Of a stretch of 64,000 bases of DNA, positions 10,048 through 18,586 are shown piece after piece. The stretch spans positions 5,054 through 69,053 of the forward strand of contig CAYWZZ010000007.1 of the NCBI GenBank assembly GCA_964463005.1. Reading direction: 5' to 3'. The notes under the pieces are model-generated. The model did not search any database, was not told the DNA's origin, and was given only the letters and a program-made list of their open reading frames with translations. Source of the DNA: an uncultured Candidatus Bathyarchaeia archaeon. GTDB lineage: Archaea > Thermoproteota > CALKCG01 > B24. Each line of letters begins with the position of its first letter. Positions within the stretch are counted from its first letter, which is position 1. The translations under genes and the position numbers were made by a program.

Positions 10048-10767
10048 TTAGAAATTGGATAGAATCTTTGATGCTTTATAGACCTTAGAATAGACGCCGT
10101 TCAAACTGAGCCCCATTTCATTCTTATAAAACTTCAATAGAGCTTTAAGGGTTTTAACTTCAATTTTAAATTCGCTTAAAAGTTTGAGGTCTCTGAACTT
10201 TTCATCGTTTTCCAAGGTTAAGCAATAGTTGTAGACGTTTTCAACTCTTTTATCTAACGAATTTAAAAATTCTTCAATTATACGCTTTGCTGAGCATTCA
10301 TGTATTAGAATAAGTCTTGAAGCACATGTAATTCTACCGCCATAAATTATTATCCTCTTAATTAGATTGCTAGGTGATACTATAGGCGTCTTATCATACT
10401 CCTCATATTTAGTATGGGGGAAGAGGTATATTGAAGGAGAAAGCTTAAAACATGGGCTTCTCCTTAAAAGCCTACTAACCGCTTTTCTCACGCGCACGTT
10501 ACGTGGCAAATCGTATGCAACAAGTATTAGGCTTCCAAGATTGTAGATACCTTCTTCGAAATTTATAAAGGGTTTCTGAAGTTCTCTAGCCGTTTTAAGA
10601 ACAGTAATGGAATCTAAGCAACTATCTATGACAGGCTTTAAATCTAAATCTAAGCTATTAGAACGGCTCATCCACAGCCCTTTATGAATCCTCAAATACC
10701 CCCTTTCAAAAAGATATGTAACATCCTTCGGCCGTAAAGGTTTCCCCCAGACTATATATAGGGGCAT
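10048..10767 (-). CDS. Hypothetical protein with two Cas2/VapD-like beta-alpha-beta modules and a helical C-terminus (PaaX-like architecture without a recognisable wHTH)
   Basis: 239-aa ORF. Module 1 is PLYIVWGKPLRPKDVTYLFERGYLRIHKGLWMS. Module 2 is SLILVAYDLPRNVRVRKAVSRLLRRSPCFKLSPSIYLFPH, which resembles the Cas2 pattern (hhhhYDh...R.kh.k.L...g.r.Q.SVa). The assignment rests on pattern only. Confidence 0.3.
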   Translation of the reverse strand: MPLYIVWGKPLRPKDVTYLFERGYLRIHKGLWMSRSNSLDLDLKPVIDSCLDSITVLKTARELQKPFINFEEGIYNLGSLILVAYDLPRNVRVRKAVSRLLRRSPCFKLSPSIYLFPHTKYEEYDKTPIVSPSNLIKRIIIYGGRITCASRLILIHECSAKRIIEEFLNSLDKRVENVYNYCLTLENDEKFRDLKLLSEFKIEVKTLKALLKFYKNEMGLSLNGVYSKVYKASKILSNF

Positions 10768-10814
10768 CTAGACATCATGGTATAGTTTCTGTCACATAAA
10801 TAGTTTATCATTTT

Positions 10815-10865
10815 AAAGAAAAAATGGGGGGTTAAGTAGTGGAGTTAATTTTAACTCCACTACTT
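10815..10865 (-). terminator. Perfect 15-bp-stem hairpin followed (on the minus strand) by a T-rich tract; likely terminator of the LysW-like gene and/or operator of the downstream gene
   Basis: AAGTAGTGGAGTTAA (10834-10848) and TTAACTCCACTACTT (10851-10865) are exact reverse complements with a 2-nt spacer. Reading the minus strand, the hairpin is followed by ...CCCCCCATTTTTTCTTT. Confidence 0.45.
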
Positions 10866-10928
10866 CTTTTTCTTCTTCTCCTTCTTCTCCTCCTTCTTCT
10901 CCGCAGCCATGGGGAAAACACCCCCCAA

Positions 10929-11114
10929 TTAGAATAAGTCTTCCTCTCCTTCCTCCAATTCTTCTCCTTCAAAGACCTCTAGAATCCACTTCCGTCCTGT
11001 ACGCTTTATAACGAGAGTAGTACCGCAGTAAGGGCAGTCTATAGTGGTTTCCGGTTGAGGCTTATTACCTATATCGACCTCTTCGTCACACATTGGACAC
11101 TTTGCATTAACCAT
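10929..11114 (-). CDS. LysW-like zinc-ribbon protein with an acidic C-terminal tail
   Basis: 61 aa: MVNAKCPMCDEEVDIG...IDCPYCGTTLVIKR...EGEELEEGEEDLF. It has the two CPxC knuckles, the spacing and the acidic tail of the LysW/ArgW amino-group carrier family. It ends in DLF, not the canonical EDWGE. Confidence 0.45.
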   Translation of the reverse strand: MVNAKCPMCDEEVDIGNKPQPETTIDCPYCGTTLVIKRTGRKWILEVFEGEELEEGEEDLF

Positions 11115-11457
11115 TGCTTTTTCCTTCCAATAGGAAGGAAAACGCTAAAATGCTAAAGGATTTACTCACACCACTATACCTATAGAATAAGGTATTGAAC
11201 AACCAGAAACTTTTAAAAAAGGCTATTTTTTAATTTAAAGCTTAATTTTTTGAAATTTTAAAATTTAAGCTATAAAAATGCTTATTTTAATTTGAATGAC
11301 AGAGAAAACCGTAGAACAAATCTGTCACTAAAGACTACAACTATCCATAGAAATTTGGCAGTTGTAAACTTCTCTAGCGATTTTTAATTCCGTATCTCTC
11401 AATGACTACACATTCTAGCTTTATGGGTTTCTGCGTTAGACGGAGACTTTTAACATC

Positions 11458-11913
11458 TTAAATAACTTCTTCCGGTAGCAGGACTACGTCTCTTAACCCC
11501 CTCTTTCGGACAAACTCCTTAAGCTCTCTATCTAAAGTCAATAATTTGAGACCTAGAATGGACGAACTCGCATAAAGTATATTGTCTATCATGTCCCTAC
11601 TTCCCAAGGAGTATAATCTTAACGCTTCTCTAAATGCTTCAGAGCTTTCTTTGACTTTAATGTATCTGCCTCCCTCGATTATACTCCTTAATCCCTCGTT
11701 AAACCGCTCAACATCTAAGCTTTTATCCCTCATTAATCTGATGGCAATCCATAAAGATTCTAAAATGCTGAAACTAGAGTAGTATAGCTCAGCCTTTTTC
11801 TCCACTAGCCTTCCAAAACATTCCAACACTTCTCCATCCACGTCAATACCTAATGTTGGGAGTAAAAATGATGTATCAAGAAGAATCTTCAAAGTATTTT
11901 GCCTGCACTTCAA
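11458..11913 (-). CDS. vapC: PIN-domain toxin (VapC-like)
   Basis: 151-aa ORF with ILLDTSFLLP near the N-terminus and further acidic residues in PIN-like positions. It overlaps the upstream AbrB-type gene. An alternative TTG start lies at 11892. Confidence 0.65.
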   Translation of the reverse strand: MKCRQNTLKILLDTSFLLPTLGIDVDGEVLECFGRLVEKKAELYYSSFSILESLWIAIRLMRDKSLDVERFNEGLRSIIEGGRYIKVKESSEAFREALRLYSLGSRDMIDNILYASSSILGLKLLTLDRELKEFVRKRGLRDVVLLPEEVI

Positions 11914-12136
11914 GACTTATCGCCTCAATTTGACTAGGATTTATCGATGCAAATTTCGTACCTGAAAGGGCGAGTTGTATTGGGTCTTTAAGTACTTCCA
12001 AAACTAATACGCCACTGGAAACCCTTAAAAGCACTTTTTCCCCTTCTCTTATACCAAGAGCTTTAACGACCACCCTAGGCAAGTAGATAGCATACTTCTT
12101 TCCGACACGTGCTTCTACTGTCAGACTCATATTCAA
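11876..12136 (-). CDS. vapB: AbrB/SpoVT-type antitoxin (VapB-like)
   Basis: 86-aa ORF with a swapped-hairpin type motif (KKYAIYLPRVVVKALGIREGEKVLLRV). It lies immediately upstream of the PIN gene and overlaps it. Confidence 0.6.
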   Translation of the reverse strand: MNMSLTVEARVGKKYAIYLPRVVVKALGIREGEKVLLRVSSGVLVLEVLKDPIQLALSGTKFASINPSQIEAISLEVQAKYFEDSS

Positions 12137-12280
12137 TATACCTGACTTATAGATGGTTGGTCGGGTATAAAAGTATTCCTTTACGAGCAGGATGCTAAGC
12201 CATGATGCCTAAAATTGCGTCAGCCTTCATTTAGAAGAAGCGTTGTTTAAATGTCCCCGTAACTCTAATCTTCGACGAGT

Positions 12281-13381
12281 TTACGCTTCAAATCTAAGTA
12301 GTAGGAAGTTTTTAAGCGGAACGTCTGGAGGTATTGTATGATCGACTGTTGGAATATACCCTCCCAGTTCAATCATAGGTGCTATTTTACCGTACACTTC
12401 TCTCTCGATGGCTTTCCTACCGTTTGCGAGCGCCCTCTTATCTATCCCACCATATAGCGCCAGTTTCTCACCGTATTTCCTCCGAATCTTTACAGGATCC
12501 ATGTCTGAAGTGGCTTCTAAAGGCCAATGTGCATTCACACCAGCCTCTATCATTAGAGGGATGAGCGGTTCAGTATTACCATCGCTGTCCAATTCTATAA
12601 CCTTCACCCCATGCCTCCTCAAATATTTAATAATCTCTTCATATCGTGGAAGGAAGAAGTCGCGGAAGATTTTGGGCGATATTAACGGTCCACCTTTACA
12701 TGCGAAGTCTTCGTTGAAGATGAACGCGTCAACCTCAACTTCTCTTAAAGCTTTTTCAGTAGCTTTCATGAAGAATTCGACCATGAAGTCGAGAATTTCA
12801 TGTATTAAATCCGGCATCTTGTAGAAGGCTATAGACAATCTAACAGTACCCATCATATTCCTCAAATTCCAGTATAAACCTCCGAAGCCGCAGTTCTCAG
12901 TCAAATATAACGGATAGTCTCCAATCTTCCACTTCCTCCTCAACATCTCCCAGTTTTCAGGGTATCTTCTAGGATCGTAGGGGTCGAAATGCTTTTTAAA
13001 TTCTCGAAAGCTTTCACGGTCTTTAACATAGAAGTCTATGTAGGTGTCCATTGATGCTCTAGTGCCATGAGCTTCACCTTCCTTCAAAGCCCTTCTAATA
13101 CGCCCCCACTTGTCTCTAAAAACCAGATAACGGTCATCTTCAGAGATAACCTTCTCCTCAAAACCTGGAATCGGTTCCAAGTTTAAAGGAATAAAGTCTC
13201 TCTTATCGAGTTTGGCGAATTTAGGCTCACCTCTAAACCAATCTCCTCTAAGTTCTTCTTCACTTAAACCCTCTTGAAGCCATCTATCATACGTCTGACC
13301 CCATATTCCAAGCTCCCAATACGGATACCTATCAACCTTCTGAAAACTAACAGTAGCCAGAAACTTCTCTAGATCGTTCAT
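12281..13381 (-). CDS. URO-D/MtaA-like family protein, paralogue 2
   Basis: 366-aa ORF with the same fold signature as 2835-3953 and 20011-21240 (ELDSDGN, ...GGIDKRAL..., C-terminal IPTVDHTIPPDVPLKNF). Confidence 0.55.
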   Translation of the reverse strand: MNDLEKFLATVSFQKVDRYPYWELGIWGQTYDRWLQEGLSEEELRGDWFRGEPKFAKLDKRDFIPLNLEPIPGFEEKVISEDDRYLVFRDKWGRIRRALKEGEAHGTRASMDTYIDFYVKDRESFREFKKHFDPYDPRRYPENWEMLRRKWKIGDYPLYLTENCGFGGLYWNLRNMMGTVRLSIAFYKMPDLIHEILDFMVEFFMKATEKALREVEVDAFIFNEDFACKGGPLISPKIFRDFFLPRYEEIIKYLRRHGVKVIELDSDGNTEPLIPLMIEAGVNAHWPLEATSDMDPVKIRRKYGEKLALYGGIDKRALANGRKAIEREVYGKIAPMIELGGYIPTVDHTIPPDVPLKNFLLLRFEA

Positions 13382-13461
13382 GTTAAAACTCTATTTGACA
13401 CATTGATGATGTGAAAAGAGATATAAAGTTAGAGGTGAATCTTCAGATTGGAGCTGATTCT

Positions 13462-15384
13462 ATGTCCATCGTTAAACTCAGTAGGAGGACTTACTACGAT
13501 AAAGTTTATGGATGTTGGCTGGGTAAGAACGCTGGTGGAACATTAGGTGCTCCTCTTGAGCGTATATTCGGACAAGAGGAGATGTTTGACGTCTGGTGGT
13601 ATCCGAAGCTTGTTGAAGGTGGTATTCCAAACGACGACCTCGAGATTCAACTGGTTTGGCTTCAAGCCCTCAGAGACCGAGGCATCAATATAACCGCGCG
13701 GGATTTAGCTGAATACTGGCTCGATTGTATACTGTATAATTATGACGAGTATGGGTTGCATAAGACCAATTTAAGGAAAGGATTGCAACCGCCAGTTTCA
13801 GGATGGTATAACAACTGGTTTAAAGATTGCATGGGAAGCCCCATACGTTCGGAAATATGGGCTTGTATAGCACCAGGCTCTCCTCACATAGCGGCATGGT
13901 ATGCCTACCAAGACGCTATATGCGACCATGCTGGAGGAGAATCTGTCTACGGTGAAGTCTTCAACGCCGTGGTAGAATCCTCAGCTTTCCTAGTAAGCGA
14001 TAGAGTTAAACTGGTGGAGCTAGGTCTTTCAGCAATTCCGGAGAATAGTATGACTGCGAAAGCCATCCGTACGGCTTTAAACTCTTATCTCAGCGGATTA
14101 GACTGGAGGAAAGCGCGTGAGAAAGTTAAAGAAGTAGCCTACAGTCCAATAGCTCAGTATTCTCCGATAAATCTAGGCTTCCAAACAATCGGGCTTCTCT
14201 ATGGGGAGGATTTCGGAGACGCTATGTGTAAAGCCGTAAACTGTGGATGGGATACAGACTGTACAGGTGCTACTGTAGGAGCAATATGGGGCATAATCAA
14301 CGGTGCAAGCGGGCTTCCGGAGAAATGGGTTAAACCTTTAGGAGAGCAAGTCCTCGTAAGCCGTGGAATAGTAAACATCCATGTTCCTAGGAACTTACAC
14401 GAACTTACGGAAGAAGTGTGTGCAATAGGCGAACGTATTTTAAACTCATTCAACTCTTTCGTGAAATTATCGGATGAAGACGATTTTTCCGGAGCTGAAG
14501 AAGCCTTACTGAGTTCTTTAAAGGATGTGAAGAAAGTCTACGGTATTCCCTACAACTGTGTATGCTTCGATCTAACCGCTGTAGAAGCTTCAATCACGTA
14601 CGTAGACGGTCCCGCCATCCTCCCAGATACTCCAAACCGGTTTAAAATCTCCATAAGGAATACTAGACCAACATCTATATCTGGAAAACTCACCGTACAT
14701 ATTCCCAAGGGTTGGAGTTTAAAGCCATCTTCAACCTATTGCTTCAATTTAAATCCAAAGGAGGGTAGTGAAATCGAATTTTCAGTAACATCAAACGTAT
14801 ACAGTATAGAGACTATTAATAGAGGGGCTGTTGAAATTTCAATTTATGGGAGGCCAAGTCTCCTATGGATTCCACTGAACTTTGTTGGAGGATTCCGTTG
14901 GCTTGTTTCAGAGGTCTTCAGAAAACCCGTTTCCTTAGACGCTGAATTTCCACCTGAGAGGGACGTAAAGCTTATGGAAGTTGGTGAAGGGTGGAAAGCC
15001 GTCTCTTGGCCTGAAAACACTTTAGAAATAGAACAGTTCTTTAAGGGTGAACCTGGAGTCATATACCTACGTCACTTCATCTACTCTCCTAGTGAACTAA
15101 AAGTCGTGTTGGGAGTACCAAACAATAGTAAAATGCGTTTATGGTTAAACGGTGAAAAGATACATGAAACAAGACAGACCGTTCCGCTGAGACCGAATTA
15201 CGGCGGCGACGGGTCTAACTATGCAACCGCTACTCTTCAGAAGGGGTGGAATCACATAATGGTAAAGATACTGCGGTACGATGAGCCTGTAAGAGCACAC
15301 TTTACGGTAGCTGATGCTGAATGGCAAGGTGGAATAATCGATCTGATCCGATGTAAATTTCCATGGGAGTATAAAGACGTTTAA
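13462..15384 (+). CDS. ADP-ribosylglycohydrolase-family protein fused to a ~300-aa C-terminal beta-rich region
   Basis: The track ORF starts at GTG 13411. ATG 13462 is preferred because an ATATAAAG box lies at 13421-13428. ARH motifs are present: GCWLGKNAGGTLGAPLE, NDDLEIQLVWL and CGWDTDCTGATVGAIWG. The tail after about 14450 looks like a jelly-roll domain (...MRLWLNGEKIHE...GWNHIMVKI). Confidence 0.7.
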   Translation: MSIVKLSRRTYYDKVYGCWLGKNAGGTLGAPLERIFGQEEMFDVWWYPKLVEGGIPNDDLEIQLVWLQALRDRGINITARDLAEYWLDCILYNYDEYGLHKTNLRKGLQPPVSGWYNNWFKDCMGSPIRSEIWACIAPGSPHIAAWYAYQDAICDHAGGESVYGEVFNAVVESSAFLVSDRVKLVELGLSAIPENSMTAKAIRTALNSYLSGLDWRKAREKVKEVAYSPIAQYSPINLGFQTIGLLYGEDFGDAMCKAVNCGWDTDCTGATVGAIWGIINGASGLPEKWVKPLGEQVLVSRGIVNIHVPRNLHELTEEVCAIGERILNSFNSFVKLSDEDDFSGAEEALLSSLKDVKKVYGIPYNCVCFDLTAVEASITYVDGPAILPDTPNRFKISIRNTRPTSISGKLTVHIPKGWSLKPSSTYCFNLNPKEGSEIEFSVTSNVYSIETINRGAVEISIYGRPSLLWIPLNFVGGFRWLVSEVFRKPVSLDAEFPPERDVKLMEVGEGWKAVSWPENTLEIEQFFKGEPGVIYLRHFIYSPSELKVVLGVPNNSKMRLWLNGEKIHETRQTVPLRPNYGGDGSNYATATLQKGWNHIMVKILRYDEPVRAHFTVADAEWQGGIIDLIRCKFPWEYKDV

Positions 15385-16406
15385 ACCCTTCTAAGTCTAC
15401 TCGGTATTTGCTGTCCCACGTCCATATAGGCCATTTCTTCAAGCTTTGTAGCTCTAAGCCCGCAGATACCTGGTATTAAATTCTCCTCCTTACCGAGTAT
15501 CGTCCTAACAAAATTTACGTCTGGGTTTGGACTGACTCTTGGAAGTAGGCTCCAGTCGATTTTCGTCACATTTGAATTGGAATCTTCAACATAAACGGCC
15601 CCATTTACTACATGAATAGCACCCTTTGAACACCAAACCCTAACTTCCTCAGTCACACCAGTATGCGGTCTCGGATGCCCTCCAGATATGGATATCGACG
15701 CTAAAGCCCCATTAGATAATTCTACGGCTAAAACAGCGTAGAGTTCTACTGAAGCCCCAGCCCTATCCATAAAAGCTTTAACCTTCACGGGCTCCGTATC
15801 AGTCATCCAAAGTATTACATCCACTAAATGCGTCCCGGATGCTTTAAGCTGACCTCCACCTGAAACTTCAGGGTTTAAATAGAATCTACCAGCCGCTACG
15901 AGGTTTTGAACAAGCCAACCGACTATCATATGGGGTTCACCCAATTCACCGCTTAGAATCTTACGTCTAGCATAAACGTACTCCGGTTGACAGTGCCGCT
16001 GATATCCTACCGTTAATACGAGGTTACGTTTAGAAGCTTCATTAACCATATCCTCAGTCTCTCTAACTGATAGAGCCATGGGTTTTTCCACAAGCACGTG
16101 CAACCCGCGTCTAAGAGCCTTCATAGTATGCTCATAATGCACATTATGAGGTGTACATATAATGACTGCGTCTAGCTCTACACAATTCAACATGCTGTCG
16201 TAGTCTTCGAAGATGGCGTTTTGATCCAGCACCTCTGGAGCTATATTCCTAAAAACGTTTACATATCTTCTCAAATTCTCAGCGTTGTTTTTAACGATAT
16301 CACATAAGGCTACTATTCTAGCTTCTCCCTCTCTTAGAAGGCTAAGCCTCCTAACATGCTCCCAACTTATGCTACCGCAACCGACTATCCCAATTCTAAC
16401 GCTCAT
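15381..16406 (-). CDS. Gfo/Idh/MocA-family NAD(P)-dependent oxidoreductase
   Basis: 341-aa ORF with an N-terminal Rossmann motif (IGIVGCGSISWEH) and the EKPMALS motif. Confidence 0.75.
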   Translation of the reverse strand: MSVRIGIVGCGSISWEHVRRLSLLREGEARIVALCDIVKNNAENLRRYVNVFRNIAPEVLDQNAIFEDYDSMLNCVELDAVIICTPHNVHYEHTMKALRRGLHVLVEKPMALSVRETEDMVNEASKRNLVLTVGYQRHCQPEYVYARRKILSGELGEPHMIVGWLVQNLVAAGRFYLNPEVSGGGQLKASGTHLVDVILWMTDTEPVKVKAFMDRAGASVELYAVLAVELSNGALASISISGGHPRPHTGVTEEVRVWCSKGAIHVVNGAVYVEDSNSNVTKIDWSLLPRVSPNPDVNFVRTILGKEENLIPGICGLRATKLEEMAYMDVGQQIPSRLRRV

Positions 16407-16521
16407 ATGGGTCTGAAATACTATAGAACTTTTACTGCTTTTAGTTTTTCAGCACGCGATTAAGTGTAACTCAATGATGGAAACTGAGCGAAGGGAAGAT
16501 TAATGTAAAAATATTCACAGC

Positions 16522-17875
16522 CTACTTGTCCAGTAGCGGTTTTATATCCAGTATATAGCATAGGTCTATCAGTTCTTTTTCGTAATTGCCATAACACATA
16601 GATATGTACTCGCTTCTCTGGTTTTGAATAAATTTCTCCAAGTCTCCGTTTAGTTTTACGAATGCATGCGGCCAGTGTGGAAAACCGCACTCGGTGAGAG
16701 CTACATCTACATCCTTTGGAATGAAAGCTTCTCCCGTAGCTATGTGCATACAGTATTCTCCTTTGATTCTACATAGCCGAAGCATAGTAACTGGTCCGGG
16801 TTTACATACGAATCCAACGCAAATGCCGTCGGCGGCTCCTTCAGTCGGCAAACCTCTACGTTTTAAAGTCACTTTTTTACATCTTCGGCTAGAGATATTG
16901 GCGCCGCTCCATCAGATGCTAGTTTAACAACATTCTCCCACTTCCTAATCTGCTGTACGTCTGGGTTGAACGTAGGCTTTCCACTTAACAAGTACAATAT
17001 GTATGCGGATAACGCCGTGTTAACATCACCTATACATGAGGTGACAATCCCTTCATCTGGTAGAAGACTCTGCGCTAAACAGGCTGTTGCATAGTGGTCT
17101 CCAAGCTCTGGAAAACATTTAACCGCTACAACGTTATACTTCCTATCTAAGACAAGCTTCTTCAGCGCAATGTATAATCTTATAGACCTCTCCATGACCT
17201 CATCGAGTTTAGGCAACCTTTCATACCTTTCCCTCAATTCTCCATATACTTTCCTCACGTCTTCCTTTGGAATAGCTTCAGCCAACTCAATAAGCTCATA
17301 CTGATCTACGTGTTCAATTTTAACTCCGAATTTTGATAACACCTGTGCAATATCTACTGATCCCGTAACGGCACCCATACTGTAGCCTCCTATGAGCCCT
17401 AAAGTCGTCCTCTTAAGCCTATTAGCAACTGCCGCCGCTCTAATGAAAGCCAATATACTCCTCATAGTCTCTTCTTCATCTGGATAACCGTAGACGATCC
17501 TATGCTTAACCCCGACTTCATCTAGAGCGCCGTGTAAAGCCAATACACCACCAGTTGCCCATCCTATGGGGGTTGGTGTACACCATATTAACGCGGGTAC
17601 TGGAAGGTGACGTGCAGTCCTCCAAATTTCTGAAGCCCAAAGCCATGTAGCAACGTAGAAGATAATGCAGTCAACATTCTGCCTCTCACATTCTTCTACA
17701 GTCTTCTCAATCTCCCAACTTCTTGAAAGGACTTCACCAAATCTATAAACGTCTAATCCAGCTTTCTTAAGAGAAAGGAATCTTCGACAAGTTTAACGTC
17801 GATCATAGGTCTACCCAGTGCATCTTTCACTTCGGAATGCACACCACAAACTATAAACCCAACTTTAATATTCAA
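16522..17875 (-). pseudogene. L-fucose/L-arabinose-isomerase-like (COG2407-type) sugar isomerase, 2 frameshifts
   Basis: Three collinear pieces: TTG 17875 MNIKVGFIVCGVHSEVKD...; ...SLKKAGLDVYRFGEV...ALHGALDEVGV... (contains ORF 16869-17543); and VTLKRRGLPTEGAADG...WPHAFVKL... (ORF 16522-16872). One shift lies in the T6 run at 16873-16878 and one near 17765-17795. Confidence 0.6.
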
Positions 17876-17973
17876 TTTAACATCCTCCTAAAAACCAATT
17901 GAGCTCTATCTTCACATAAAACTTTCTATGCTTAAATGGCTGGAAAGACGTTTAGACTTTAAGGAATAGTTAT

Positions 17974-17991
17974 GAATCTTCATGAAGATTC
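17974..17991. promoter_or_regulatory. Perfect 18-bp palindrome in the divergent intergenic region (candidate operator)
   Basis: GAATCTTCATGAAGATTC equals its own reverse complement. It lies between the FucI-like start (17875) and the Cas6-like start (18083), next to an AT box (AAAATAGTATATA). Confidence 0.35.
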
Positions 17992-18082
17992 GAGAAAATA
18001 GTATATACCGCTTACGCTACTCTAATAGGCAGAAATAGCGACTTTACTTCATTAATTCAAAATTTGACTTTGAGTTTAAGGT

Positions 18083-18586
18083 TTGAACGGAGAAGTTTCT
18101 GTGGAGAATATAGGTGTAGAGATGAAGTCTTTTGAAAGACTCACGCTTAGGGATGGTGGTGGATTGATAAGGATGCAATTCAAAACACCCGTCTTAATAA
18201 GTTTTCCGAAGAGCTGGGTTAAATTCGACAAGAAGGTCCCAGTTAGGCACAGCCTATTTCCCATACCATCTCTTATGATCCACGGTTTAGCTGAACACCG
18301 GAATACGTATTCGCCTGAAAACTTAAGAATACCGAACATAACCAAGCTTAGAACCTACAGCAATTACTCACTGGTTGAGCAAGACTTCAACATAAAACCC
18401 GTCACAGCGATATACGATGAAAAGCGTAGACCGAGGGGGTTCACCGGATGGGTCTTATACAAGCATAGGAGGTTGAACCGAAACCTAGATGATGCTCTTC
18501 TAAAACTTCTAGACTACGTCAACTACATAGGCGTCGGAAGGTCTAGGAGCATAGGCTTCGGCGTAGTAGAAGTCAAACAATACTAA
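18083..18586 (+). CDS. cas6: Cas6-family protein fragment (C-terminal RRM half with the glycine-rich loop); the N-terminal domain is missing and there is no CRISPR array nearby
   Basis: 167-aa ORF ending ...LLKLLDYVNYIGVGRSRSIGFGVVEVKQY, which carries the GhGxxxxxGhG Cas6 signature. Upstream is FPIPSLMIHGLAEHRNTYSP..., as in Cas6 C-terminal domains. An in-frame stop at 18077-18079 limits the N-terminus. Confidence 0.55.
   Translation: MNGEVSVENIGVEMKSFERLTLRDGGGLIRMQFKTPVLISFPKSWVKFDKKVPVRHSLFPIPSLMIHGLAEHRNTYSPENLRIPNITKLRTYSNYSLVEQDFNIKPVTAIYDEKRRPRGFTGWVLYKHRRLNRNLDDALLKLLDYVNYIGVGRSRSIGFGVVEVKQY

Noticed and set aside
10860-10910. A 16-codon Lys/Glu micro-ORF (MAAEKKEEKKEKKKKK) treated as a real gene
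   Set aside because: It is produced by a simple (CTT/CTC)n pyrimidine tract and overlaps the terminator hairpin. Low-complexity sequence is more likely than coding. It is mentioned in the LysW-like finding only.
11205-11300. Replication origin (AT-rich unwinding element)
   Set aside because: There is no recognisable ORB/mini-ORB repeat and no orc1/cdc6 gene nearby. The location fits an ordinary promoter region, so I kept it only as a low-interest compositional observation.
13403-13457. A C/D-box sRNA (TGATGA at 13404-13409 and CTGA at 13454-13457)
   Set aside because: No D' or C' boxes occur at the required spacing and there is no terminal stem. The region is better explained as the divergent promoter of the URO-D-like and ARH genes.
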